Source: the human T2T-CHM13v2.0 reference genome, Homo sapiens
Strand: one strand, 5' to 3'
Length of the DNA stretch: 64,000 nucleotides
NCBI RefSeq assembly: GCF_009914755.1
Contig: NC_060939.1
In this document: piece after piece, positions 50,069 to 64,000 of the stretch
Position numbering within the stretch: position 1 is the first letter of the stretch
How the letters are laid out: the number at the start of each line of letters is the position of its first letter
Notes under the pieces: model-generated
Told to the model about the DNA's origin: nothing
Database searches by the model: none
Seen by the model: only the letters and a program-made list of their open reading frames with translations
Translations under genes and position numbers: made by a program

Positions 50069-50293
<225 letters not shown>

Positions 50294-51300
50294 TCAGCCA
50301 TCACGAACTCCAGGGCACACACACAATCATGCCATTTTGGCTTTTTATGTTGGAGCTTAATTGTCCACAATTTTTAATTTAATAATTGGGTGGAAGTTTT
50401 CATAATATTTTCGTATGCTTTTCTGTGGTCTCCTAATTTTACATAAGCATGTACTATCCTATGGTTAAGAATGAATGAACGGAAGGAGATAGGGACAAAT
50501 ATTATTTTAAACAAACTATTAAAAATTAAACTTTTTTTCATGCTCTAGCCAGCCATTTATGAGATTGCAAATGAAACATTTAGTACTTGTGGTCATAAAT
50601 CACAAATCAGTGATTTTTTCATATTTATTGCATACATTTCCCTCCAAAGATGATTTGGATTTGCCTAGGGTCATATTTATTTTGCGTTTCAACAGGTGGC
50701 AGGATATTATTGGAAAACTGGTCAAATTGGATCCTATTTGATCTAAGGTGCTTCCTGTTTAAGTGTAAAAGGCTAGTTGTAAAAATCCCCCAAAGTGCCC
50801 TTCTCTTAATTTTGATTTCTCTTCAAACTACTTCCAGGTTTATTTTACTCAGCCAATGGCATGACAGCTAAGCAATTCCTTGCTTGCTTACCAGTCTTCC
50901 CTCACTGAACTGAGAGCTCTTTAAGGACAGTGACAGCCACTCATTAGCATTGCACTTCAAGCTGATGGTCCATGGGGGCCTTCATACATATTTTTTCAAT
51001 AGAGGAATGAATGAATGAATGAATGAATGAAAATAGAGTAAACTGGCTTTGATCTTACTCTTGCCCTGTTCATATCTGAGCAGTGGCTGGTGGGTCCTGA
51101 TGGTAGGTGGCCTACACAGGAGGGTTTAACCCTTAAAGTGCCCCTTTCTCTCTTTGTGTTACGTTTCTTTAAGCATCTTTTAGGAGTAATCTCTTTTTAA
51201 GTCTTTTATTATTCAGGTTTGCTGTTAACATCAGAGTCTTTGAAATGAGATGAAAAATATTGGGAAACTTTGTAGACGTAACTCCAGAAGAAGACTATCC

Positions 51301-51317
51301 TCTCTCTCTCTCTCTTG

Positions 51318-51392
<75 letters not shown>
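51301..51392. repeat. Compound microsatellite (TC)n(AC)n in intron 4
   Basis: About 44 bp of interrupted TC followed by about 24 AC units. Confidence 0.95.
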
Positions 51393-51394
<2 letters not shown>

Positions 51395-53407
51395 GGTTAA
51401 GCTGCGGAATCCCCATGCCTAAAGGTATACTTTGCAAATAAGAAAGGAGGCCTGAGGACTGGTCCTAGACTTTTGAGATTTCCATACATCTTGGAAGGAA
51501 GGTTGAGGAAGGAGCAGGCTTTCTGACCATAGGAAGGACTTGGCAGATATGAAAGGCCAGGATGTTGTTCTCTGGGTGACTGCCACTTCAGCAAGCAGGA
51601 CAAATGACTCAACCCTTTGTGTGGAAGGGTTGGCTTAGAATGTCACTTGTGGTTTTCTCCCAGGCCGATGCATGATTTGCCTCTGTGTTTAAAGAGCTTG
51701 AAGCCACATGCCAAATTTATGGGCAAAAATGTAATAACATGGCTTATAGGCAGTGGTATGATGTAGATATGATTTAATTTTTAAAATATGCTAAAAAGTA
51801 TTGACTCTATCTAGTGAAAAGAAAATTGGGCAACAATCAGCAAATACCATCAATATGGACACATTTCTCGGCAGTTTTGGGAAACACATGCTATTTCTTC
51901 ACCCCTCGCCACCACCCTTCCCTACCTCCCAAGATGGGTCATTGCCTAAGTTGCACTTAACTATTTCTCTACAGACTCACCCAGTAAGTCAATACTTTCA
52001 TTAATGTTACTGATTTAGATACTAAAACTTGTGCCAAACTTTCCACTATATCAGGAAAACCAACAGGGAGTCTAACTCCAAAAGGAGATTCACTGAAAAA
52101 TGCTTAGGACCCTCATTGATTATAGAAATGTCAGACACCACAGTGAACTTTCCAATAAGCAATTATCCCCCTATTTCCTGAGATTATGAATTTGGGTCCA
52201 GTTATGTAGCACTTTTTGTAGAAACCCTGATCTTGCCTATAGAAGGCTGTCTAAAAAAAAATCACAAAGATGTTTTGCTTAATTTCCAAGTACTATAGGC
52301 TCTACTACTGTAGGGTCTACCCTTTTGACATTTCTTGAAACCACAGCCTCCCCTCCACCCTTCCTGCATCACTGCAGTAGCTCCTAAATGTTCTCACTGC
52401 TCACAATCCTGCTTCCTTCCAATTAGTCATTCTCTCTGCTACCAGAGGGATTTTTATAAAATACAAATATGTTTATGTTATTCTGCTTAAAATCTTTAGT
52501 GATTCTCCATAGTTTTTGAGATAAGCTCAATTCCTTGCCTTAACTGAGAGGTCTTTGGTGATCTGGCCCTGCCCTCCCCTTGGCCACGTCCCTGAATGTA
52601 TCTGCACCAGGCACAAGGACTTACCGACAGGGCCCTGGATGCATCATGTCTATCTATTCGTCTGTGCCTTTGGTTATCCTATTCTTTACTCCTAGAATAT
52701 TTGTCTTTTGTTTTCTTAATTAGCTTCTACCTTCATTTAAAACTCATTATAAGCATCCATTCCTCTGAAAAGTCTCCCCTGCCCCTCAATGTGCTTTAGA
52801 TGGCCTGTTCATCTGTACTTGGCATCACTCTGGGCACACCGCCAGCATTACCATCACCTAGGGTAGTATTTGGTGATGTGCTGGGCTGCCCCTTCCTAAT
52901 TCAAACCTCTCTCCCCCATTATAAGTTCCTGGAGGGCAGGAACCACATCTTGTTTGTCATTGTATCTTGGTACCTAGTTCAAAGATGAGAACGGTGGGGT
53001 GTTAAACAAATGGATGAACTTAGAGATTCTTTTAATTAGCTCTTGCATGTCAGGGTAGAGGATATTGGTATGTGAAAGTTAACTACTACTAAATACTAGT
53101 TCACATATTCCTAATACACCTGAGCCAAATGAAAAAGTCAAATGTACATTTCTACTGGATCTTATAGCATTATTTCATTTGTTCTTCACAACAGCCCTAG
53201 AGTGCAAGTTTCATAACATTTATCACCTTTTGTGGATAGGGGAACTGAAGCTCAGAAAGGCGAAGTGACTTGCCTAAGGTCAGATAGGTAGCAAGTGGCA
53301 GTGCTGGGACGCAAACCCACAACCTGTAATACTAAGTCCTATACGTTTTCCATTAATTCATTCCATAGTTTTATAAGGTATAAGGAGATTTATCTCCCCC
53401 AACATGA

Positions 53408-54218
<811 letters not shown>

Positions 54219-55138
54219 CTGGGGTCTACAGCAAGAGTTGTGCTGAGTCCTGGTGAGGGAGGGCAGCTCTGAAGGCTGGGCTCAACACCCAGTGGGCAGA
54301 GGTACTGGCATAGCTCCCCCCATCTTAGCAGGCACATGGAAGGCGGCTACCTAGGTTCACAGCACGGGCTGCTGGAGGGAAGGCTGTGAATAGACAGGGC
54401 CAGACCTAAAATCATCTAGCCCCAGATTCCACCACTGACAAGGTTTCCAGGGTATGATTATCTTTCTTTATGCTTGATAGTAATGTCAAGGGTTAGTCGT
54501 GTGTATTCCCCAACAGTTTCATTTCCAGCATGATGAGGTTAAGGGGGAAAACCACTGGATAAGGAAGCTTGCAACTGGGTCTCAGCTCATTCATTACTCC
54601 CTATTTTGCCTGGGTGAAAATCATAACTTCGTTGGAACTTTATTTCCTCAACTGTTAAAATCAGAGGCTAGATGACAGATATGGTCCCTCTCAGTTCTAA
54701 AATTATCTAATTTCATTCACAAATTGCTTCCTGCTAAATCATCTGGGCTGTCAGTCAAGCACTCAGCAAACACATTGTTTGGCCGTGTTTAAATCAAACA
54801 TATGGGTGACATGCTAAATTCTTAACTGAAATGACTCTAAATATATAGCTACATCTCTTCTTTTGCCTATAAAATTGCTTTGCACATCAATAAGAAGAAA
54901 AGAATTTGTGGTGATTAAGAAATATAGGCTTCAGGGCTATATTCCGGGCTATCATTTACTAATGTTTGGACCTTGGGCAAGTTACTTAACCTCATTTTCT
55001 GTGAATTGTAGGAGATAACAACATTTACCACATGGGGCTGCCATTCAAGTGTTTAGAACAATGGCTACAACAGAGTAAAGGCATAATGAATGTTAGCTCT
55101 TCCTCCTTTATTGCAGTAGAATTCAAAATATGATTTCA

Positions 55139-55480
<342 letters not shown>

Positions 55481-55534
55481 AAAATATGATTTCAAAAAAG
55501 GCACATTCATAGACAAAAAAGAAGATTGTAGCTA

Positions 55535-55744
<210 letters not shown>

Positions 55745-56973
55745 TCAGGAGAACTCCTGGTGGTACATTTTGACTAGGAGGCAGCTCTCTTAGCAAATGC
55801 ATGTTGCTCCAAATGCAATGTGCATGATTTCTAGTATTCGGGTTGAATAAGCACTTCTGTTAGCATGAGGACATCCTTCTCCAGTTGAATCATTTCTACC
55901 TACTGACTCCCTGTTTCAACATCACCAAAGATAGAAAACACACACACACACCCATATACCATTCCTTACTTCTCTTTCTTCTCTAACCTCACCAAAATAC
56001 TACCCACTACTGGAGTCAGAGCTGCAAGGCTGCTAAGAAGCTGAACCCTCCATACCACCAGAGCCAGAAGAACCTCCAGCCTCCCAGGTATCATCCAGCC
56101 TCACTCCACAAAGTGCCACCCACTACAAGAGTGAGCCACAGAATCAGAAGTTTGTGGAATTACTAAAGTCTTGTTTTCCTATTTTGGAACCAGCAGTTTT
56201 GCCTAGTACCACCCAACTCCAGTCTCTAATCAGGCCTGCCCCCTCCAGTGGAGTATCAGTCAGGGCTTGAAAAATATCTCCTTGGGCACTTCTTCTAGCC
56301 CTGAGCTTGGCCAGCGCCTGGCTGGACTGGCATGCAAAGTTCACTGTGGTAGTAAAGGAAGCTATTTTGGGGCTCTGCCTTCCATCATGACTCATCAAAG
56401 TCTCCAGGGTCACAGAGTTCTCCCACGACACAGGATGTGATGAGTCATGAGACAGGGCAATTTGCATGATGCTCAATTATGCAAATTCAAGATGCATTAG
56501 ATGTCATTGGTATTATCTTGATTTTAGATGTTGTTGTTACTTTCTTGGTGAACTTAATATTTATACAAAATTTCATGTATTAATTGCAACTTTGGTCCTC
56601 CCTCTCCTCTGGTCTCCTGAAATTTTGTTTCACAGCTGCAAATTCTCCCACTATGGAGGTTTTCAGAACAAATAACCCTCAAAGATTGCAAGTGGTTACT
56701 ATAATATCTGCAATTGGTTCTCAGGTTGGAGAGACTTGCTCCTCCATCTCCTAGTTGACACTTGGCTCCTAAAAGGATACTTTTGCCTTAATGAGGTTGT
56801 TCAGTTAATGCCTGTTGAAATACATTCCCAGAGGACTCTAGACCAAAAAAGCGCTGCTCTGGTTCAATGTATTAGGTTGTGGGCTAAGTATTAATCCAGC
56901 TCTCACATCTGCGATGTGTTCCATAGTCCTATTTAAGCTTTAAAAGTAAGCCCCTGAAATAATGGTAGTGTCA

Positions 56974-57178
<205 letters not shown>

Positions 57179-58390
57179 GCAGAGTTATTGTATAAATAAC
57201 TTATTAATATTTATTTCAGGAAAAACCACCTATTTTCAAATAAAAACACTATTAAATATTCTCTTGATCTGATTCCAGATAATATTCATCAAATAATCCT
57301 AAGTTTTGGACATGTTTGCCTCTCCCTAGCAAAAATAAATAAATAAATAAATAAAAATCCAGATGCTTCCATTTGTATTCTGGGGAATTTGTCTGACGTT
57401 TCAAATTTTGTCATATATAGAAAAATTATGCTATAGGAAGGAATGAAATTCTTACTAATTAAAATATTTGAAAACTCTAGCTTTACTTACCTTCCCCTCC
57501 ATCATTCTATAATTAAAGCAGAAATTAAGTAATTTATATATTCTTTATTCACAAACTAATATTTAAAAATTTTAAGCACTTAAAGGACAAACACTATTTT
57601 TCTGCTCTGACCCTGGGGCTTTTGCATACTGCATTAATCATATTGGCCTGTCCATTTCATTTAAGAACTTGCTAATCAGTTTTAAAAAGAGAGTAAGAAA
57701 CTCCAAACATAAAACAAACCCAACGAAATATTTGCTAGTTATTAGTAATAAAGAGCCAACCTTTAAAATTCTTGTGTCCTTTAGGGGGCACCAACTTCTC
57801 AGCTATTTTGAATCCAAAGCTCAGGCTTGTTAGGGACAAAGCTAATCAGGCCGATGTGATAAAGCAAGGGATGTGTGACTGGCCACAGATGAGCAATTTA
57901 AAACAAGGTCACTTACTAAAAGTAGGCTGGATTTATCTAACCAGAGTAAATCAGAAAAGTGAAGAGAAGGTCAGTGATGAACTAAGGACCCCAGCCCAGA
58001 GCTCCTCCTGGCAGTCAAGACAGGCCTGGCTCTGGCTTGTGGGCCAGCCTGCAATACTGCCAGAGGCAAGTGTTATACTGATTATTTGGGAGAGTGAGGA
58101 TTTCTTAGCACTGAGGAGAGTCCAGCTGAGTCCCCAGCCTCAGCAGGGACAGTGCACAGCGTTGGGTGTCTGATCACTAGGGTTATTATCCCTCATTAAG
58201 CATGATTGAAGATAAAAGACATCTCCAAAGATGGCAAACCTATTGTCTGTTCAAAATGAAAAGTAGTCAGGGAGTAAGCTCTTAGGTGATGAGAAGAAAG
58301 CCACCTGAGTTCTGGGATTAAACAATTCACACACTTGTGGGCAGATTCAACAGTGATGAGGAGGCAATTAATGGACTAATTGGTGCCTTC

Positions 58391-58695
58391 TTTTTTTTTT
58401 TTTTTTTTTTGAGACAGAGTCTCACTCTATCGCCCAGGCTGGAGTGCAGTGGCGCAATCTCAGCTAATTGCAAACTCCACCTCCCAGGTTCAAGCAATTC
58501 TCGTGCCACAGCCCCCTGAGTAGCTGGGATTACAGGCACCCGCCACCACACCCGGCTAATTTTTTGTGCATTTTTAGTAGAGACAGGGTTTCACCATGTT
58601 GGCCAGGCTGGTCTCAAACTCTTGACTTCAAGTAATACACCCACTTTCACCTCCCAAAGTGCTGGCATTACAGGTGTGAGCCACTGCACCCGGCT
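58391..58695 (-). mobile_element. AluS
   Basis: Antisense dimeric Alu with T20 tail. Confidence 0.9.
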
Positions 58696-59389
58696 GGTAA
58701 CAAACATTTAAAAACACTTGCCTCATGTAGATCTGCTCCATCAATCCTATCACCTTTTCACTGTCCTTCACTTCTCTAATATCCTCACTTACCCAGCTTA
58801 AATTCTAGGTGACTACAAGAGATAAACAATCTTTATAACAGAGGAATCTCACTGTAACCACCTAACCAGTGATCAAATTTAACATCAGTGCTAGTGGGAC
58901 AACCTGTTACTCATCTTCTGATGTGATGTGATATGAAGTTCCTAGTACTACTGAAGTGTTATTGCAAAAATGTGCAACCTTAATCTAATTGAGCCTTTAG
59001 ACCCAATTTTCAGTTTATAAGAAATACAGAGAATAGATGAATATAGTAAATGACACCCTGATGAAACAGTGAGAGAAATTCAGAATGTGGGATATGTTAT
59101 AGCTGACCTGGTCTCTTCAAAATGTCAATGTCACAGGGGGAAAAGTGTGGCAGGGGGACGGCTCTTTCAATTTTCCTACTCATTTGACAATTTTCTTAAC
59201 AGAAAGTTGGGAAAAAATTACTGTCAATCATTAAAATTAAAATACCCTTCCCTGAATCCTCAACTCCCTTGACCCTCTTCTTACTTTGTCATGGTTGTCT
59301 GATAAGACCACACTCTAGCTAAATCCAACTCTTAGCTTATTCTGTGCTTGCACCTGGCAGTTGAAGTGGGCTGGGAAAAAAAGAAAAAC

Positions 59390-59421
59390 CACACATGCGC
59401 ACACATGTGTGCGCATGTGTG
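59390..59421. repeat. 32-bp perfect palindrome of alternating purine-pyrimidine
   Basis: cacacatgcgcacaca|tgtgtgcgcatgtgtg. Confidence 0.95.
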
Positions 59422-59499
59422 TACGTTAGCGCACACGTGCCTGCTGTCAGGTCTCGGTTAAATTCAAGTGGGCCCTTAGTGTCGCTGGCAATGCTACTG

Positions 59500-61290
59500 C
59501 ATGTCCCCAGCCCATTCACTCTCTCACTCTTCTAGATGACTATTATATTCTCCCTACTCAGCCCCAGCTGAAGACTTTATTTCCAATTTTCCCAAGAAAG
59601 TGGAAGCAACTACAAGAGAATCTCCACAATCCCCAACGACCCGGACCTGTGCCCATATATTCCACCTTCCCTCCTATTACTATGGAAATTCCATGTCCCT
59701 ATTCAAGGCCAACCCATCCACTTGTCCCCAGGGACCTCTTCACATCTCACCTAGCACACTCTTTCTCTTCCATCAACAATCATTTGATTTTCCTCCATAA
59801 CTGACCAGTCCCCCTACAACTCACATGCTGTAATTTCTCCTATTTTAAAAATCAAAATTCCTTTGCCCGCACATCTCACTCATCTACTGGCCCATTTCCT
59901 GCCTTCTTTATGGCAAACTCCTTGGAAGACTTGTCTACACTTGCTGCCTCTGATTCTTCTCCCCCGATTCTCTTCTCTGGTCAGACTTTTGCCCCCACTA
60001 GTCCATTGAAACTGCTCTTGTCAAGGTCACCTGTGACCTCCCTGTTGCTAAATGCAGTACTGAAATCTCCATGCATTCCCTTGCCCCATCAGTGGTATTT
60101 GACATGGTTCACAATTTTCTACTCCCTGATATGGATTTTTCACCTGGTTTTCAGACATTACACTTTCCTGGTTTTCTCTTCTCGGTCTAGCTGCTCTTCT
60201 CAGTCTCTGTTGCTAGTTTCTGACCTATTTACACTAGAGGGTCTCAAGGTTCAGTTCTCTCTACTCAATCATCCCACTCAGATGTCAACTGGGCATGTCA
60301 AATCTAACATGTCTGGAATGGAACCCTAATCTCTCCCCTTCCCAAACTTGCTCCACCTATCTCAGGACACGATGTCCCCATTCAATGCAAAACTGGACAG
60401 CACTTTGACTCTTTTTTTTTCTCTCACACCCTACATCCAATCTGTCAGCAAGTCTGTTGGCTTTGCCTTCAAAATATGTCCAGAATTTTCCCTCATCTCT
60501 TATCATCTCTACTGCTACCACCTGGACCAGCCACCATCACCTCTTGCCTAACTGGTCTGTCTGTCCCCATCCCTTGTCCTCTTGCACCTATTCTCAACAG
60601 AGCAGCCAGAATGATTCTGCTGAAACATAAATGAGTCATATGTGTCAGTCCTCTCTCAAATTCTTCAGTGGCTTCCTTTCTTGCAGGGGGTAAAAGCCGG
60701 AATTGTTACAATGGCCTGCAAGGCCTGACGTGATTTGGTACCCTATTGCCTCTCTCATCTCCTGTATTCTTCCACTCAGGTTCTTGCCTTAGAATATTGG
60801 CACTTGCTGTTCCTTCTGTCTAGAATGCTTTCCCGCCAGGTCTCTGCATGGGCTACTTGCTCATTTCCTTTAGGTCTTTATTTAAATGCTGTCTTCTCAG
60901 TGAGGGCTGCCTGAACCACCTGTTTACAATCACACCTGCGTCTCTACAACTGGTCCTCCCCCATCCTCCTTCCCTATTCTTTTTCTATGTAACACCTATC
61001 TGCCTGATAACAGTGTGACCAACTATCCTGGTTTGCCCGGGACTATGCCAGTTTCAGCACTGAAAGTCCCACATCCTGGGAAAGGCCCTGGTCCCAGGCA
61101 AACTGAAACAATTGGTCACTCTACTGATACACTATATATTTTACTTGTTTATTGTTGACCTAGTGACGACATATTGCTCCATGAGGTAAAGGAATTTTGG
61201 CTGGTTTGTCCACTGCTGTATTCCCAGAGTTTAGAACAATACCTGCTGCTATACATAGTAAGTTTTCAAGAAATATTTAATGGATGAAGA
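59500..61290 (+). mobile_element. Long degenerate L2, interrupted by a MER81-like hAT MITE at about 61011-61122
   Basis: L2 motifs gaaactgctcttgtcaaggtcacc and gttggctttgccttcaaaata; MITE ends cagtgtgacc / ggtcactct with near-8-bp TSD cctgataa / actgatac. Confidence 0.65.
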
Positions 61291-63031
61291 GCCAATAATG
61301 ACTATTACAACTTAGAATCATTCAGTGCTTAGTATATAATAAATTCTCAGTAAATGTATATTCACAGAATAAATGAAGGAAGCCCCTGTAAATGATGTGT
61401 AAATTTGCACATTATTAAGACAGATGTAAAAATATAACCCTAATTAGTATGTTAATTGCTAACAGATATGCAAATATAACCCAAATTAGCATGCTAATTG
61501 CTAATTTCCCTTTATGAGTGATACATAAATTTTTTTTGTATTCATGACAAAAACTAATCTAGGGACATATAATGGACATATAGTGTCATACGCAGCACCT
61601 ACAGACCTTCATTAATTTAGAGTACAGCTGCCTGGGTAGCTGCCTGGGGAACGGTGCACACATCATCTACAGCTCACCAGATGGACCGTGCCTCCACGCC
61701 CCCAGTGGCACACGCGGCATCTCAGCAGCGCACATGCCTGACTTCTCCCCTGAAGTTCTGCAGCCCCTACTACTTTGGGACGAAGCTGGTTGGAAAAGTT
61801 GGACCATAATTTCTACACAGTTGTAATGACTACAGACCTCAAACTTTTCAAAAGAAAAAAAAAATCTGGCAAACTATTCAAATAAAAATAAAAATCTTTC
61901 TGAGGTCCAATGGGGTCTTTTCAAGAGGTACGGGGAGTGCTGGAAGGGACTTGAAGAGCAGGCAAGGAAAGGAGATGGGGACAAACATGTCCTATTCCCG
62001 CGGGGAGCTCAGCCTTTAACAACAAAATTGAACTGCTCTGAGGCAATTAAAGAGAACACAAAGACTCCAACAAGTGAAAAGCCTGAGAGGACAGGAAAAG
62101 GAAAGAACTGGGAGAGCTGATGGTAGTGTGGGTGGGTTGTGGCTGCGTCTCAGCGTGCACCAGCGCCTGAGTCGGTCGGGGTTGTTGGAGTCAGTTTCCT
62201 AATTAAGACTAGCGGAGTGGTCAGATGCCACCCCCACTGTAACGAGCAAGCACTTCAGGAATTGTCTTTGGAAATTCACGGACTTTTTCTGGAGATTTAA
62301 GAATCTAGCATCGAAATATCTAGTATCTCAGAATGATTTCTGTCCTGGTACTGTGGTCCTTTCTCAAGTCTATCATTCTTTACTCCAGTTCTAGTCTTAA
62401 ACCTCCACCACCTTAGCATAAGACAAAACCAGTCCTGCATCGCTGCTTCCTGTAACCCCGGGGAGAGGCCCTCCTGCCCCATGAGCTTCCTCCTCCACCC
62501 TCTCTCTAGATGGAATGTTCTCAAACTCCCAGGGGAGTATTAAACACCACTGATGCCTGAGTCCTACCCCCAGAGGTTCTGATCTAAAAGTGGGGGTGTG
62601 GCCTGGGCAGTGGGGCTTTGAAAAGCTCCCTGGGTGACTCTAAGGTACAGCTAGGGTGAGAGGCACGGCACTGTGCTAGATCCTGGGCAGCAGGTAGATA
62701 TCCTTCTAGATAAATATCCTGGGGGTCACTTCACCTGTCTGCTGAGGGAAAGAGGTGATGGGGAAGGCAGACCCTGGGCTGGGGAGAGCTGAAAGGCAGG
62801 TGGCTGTGCGGGGAAATGAAAGAGCAGCGGCAAATGTCCCTACCCCCAAACCCAAACACCAGTGCTTCCAGGATATTTGTGAGACCATAGCCAGTTGTAA
62901 AAGTGACTCAAGTACTGATTTTTAAAATGAGAACGTATCAAGAACGTATCATAGTCACTTAAATTTGGCTGACTAGAGCCTAATAGACCAGGAGAATTAA
63001 AATAAAAAAGTAATTATGATCTAGTTCTTAG

Positions 63032-63225
63032 AGCAGTGGTTCTCAAACTCAAGTGTGCAGCAGAATCACCTGCAGGCTTTGTTAAAACACGGATCGCGGG
63101 TCCTACCCCAGACTGTCTCATTTAGTAGGTCAGGGTGGGGCCCAAGAACGTGCATTGCTAACAAGTTCCCAGGCTTGTTGATGCTGCTTGTTGAAGGACC
63201 ACACTTTGAAAACTACTGCATTAGA
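63032..63225. mobile_element. MER5A-like hAT MITE (another fragment at about 62510-62665)
   Basis: gcagtggttctcaaac..cagaatcacctg..accacactttgaaaactactg. Confidence 0.7.
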
Positions 63226-64000
63226 GTACTTCACAATGAACCCAATGAAATGATGTTTCCACCTGAAGCCATTTCTGTTTAGTTGTGTGAGGTCTGCCTC
63301 AGCTACTCTTAAAAGTGCTACAACACAAAACTGAATGAAACAAACAAACAAAAATCCCAGGTCAAAAAAATTCTTTTTGGATAGTTTGAAATATTTAGAA
63401 GTATTAAAATAATACCAATTTCTCCCCTGCTCCCTTCTTTCAATATCTGCTTCAAATATTTGGGCTTTGAGGATACCGTGGTATTTTATGAGATGATGTA
63501 TGTAATCTTGACCTGAAAAAATTATGTAGTTTAGAAAAGCTTCACTTACTTTTGAGCTATAGTCTTTGTATCTGAATGAATAATTCTAACAAATTGGTAA
63601 AACACCCTGGTCAGCTTTAGTTTGTGGGTAAAGCGCTATCAGGGATTACGAATATAAACATGCGTTAATGAGACAATGTTTGCAGATAGCTTTGCTAAAA
63701 GTCTACTAAAGCTGGCTGAAAGTCTAGGGAAATACGCCATCTTTGAAATTCTCCATTTTCTAAGATCAATAAACAAGAAAACAAGTATTTCACCAAACTA
63801 GTTCCTTATAGTCAATTCCTATTTAGTTAACCATAGAGCTAATTCAATCTGCTAGTTATCCACAAAATATAATAATGCAGAGAGGGAGGACACTATTTTT
63901 TTAAATGGGTAATATTGTTCCTGATTTATGTAAGATCACTCCACCGGGATACTCGCATAAAGTCATAAATGGGAAAGCAGCATGTGAATTACTTCTTTTT

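Noticed and set aside
60021-60029. TCAAGGTCA SF-1/NR5A motif (CAAGGTCA also at 20322 and 57904)
   Set aside because: Typical L2/MIR consensus sequence or an isolated short motif; no supporting context.
61694-61710. ccacgcccccagtggca as a CTCF site
   Set aside because: One base short of the CCASYAGRKGGC register; better read as a KLF/SP box.
63400-64000. Search for CYP19A1 exon 3 and for the MIR4713 hairpin
   Set aside because: No exon 3 peptide or recognisable pre-miRNA in the window; both are expected beyond the right edge.

Overview
Human (or very closely related hominid) genomic DNA from the CYP19A1 (aromatase) locus, 15q21.2. On the minus strand are coding exons 4-10 (55706 down to the TAG at 38553-38555) and a 3'UTR reaching about 35800; exons 1-3 lie beyond the right edge. 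The left 35 kb is non-coding and rich in repeats (Alu, L2, MIR, MLT/LTR, hAT). Its most notable element is a 5.5-kb L1PA2-like LINE-1 (1240-6762) with an intact 1275-aa ORF2 and a nonsense codon in ORF1. This L1 shows three unusual footprints: an exactly spliced 5'UTR (SpIRE 97/622 type), a roughly 150-bp patch of older-L1-like sequence inside the RT domain, and a one-strand excess of A>G changes including AAAA>GGGG (candidate fossil of ADAR editing). Other observations are a 420-bp local templated duplication with a fold-back junction, a 69-bp tandem duplication, a strong CTCF motif, a 32-bp perfect palindrome, and AP-1/octamer motif clusters in CYP19A1 intron 3. I found no new protein-coding system. 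Comparisons to L1 consensus, SNP contexts and repeat families are from memory and need alignment to confirm.
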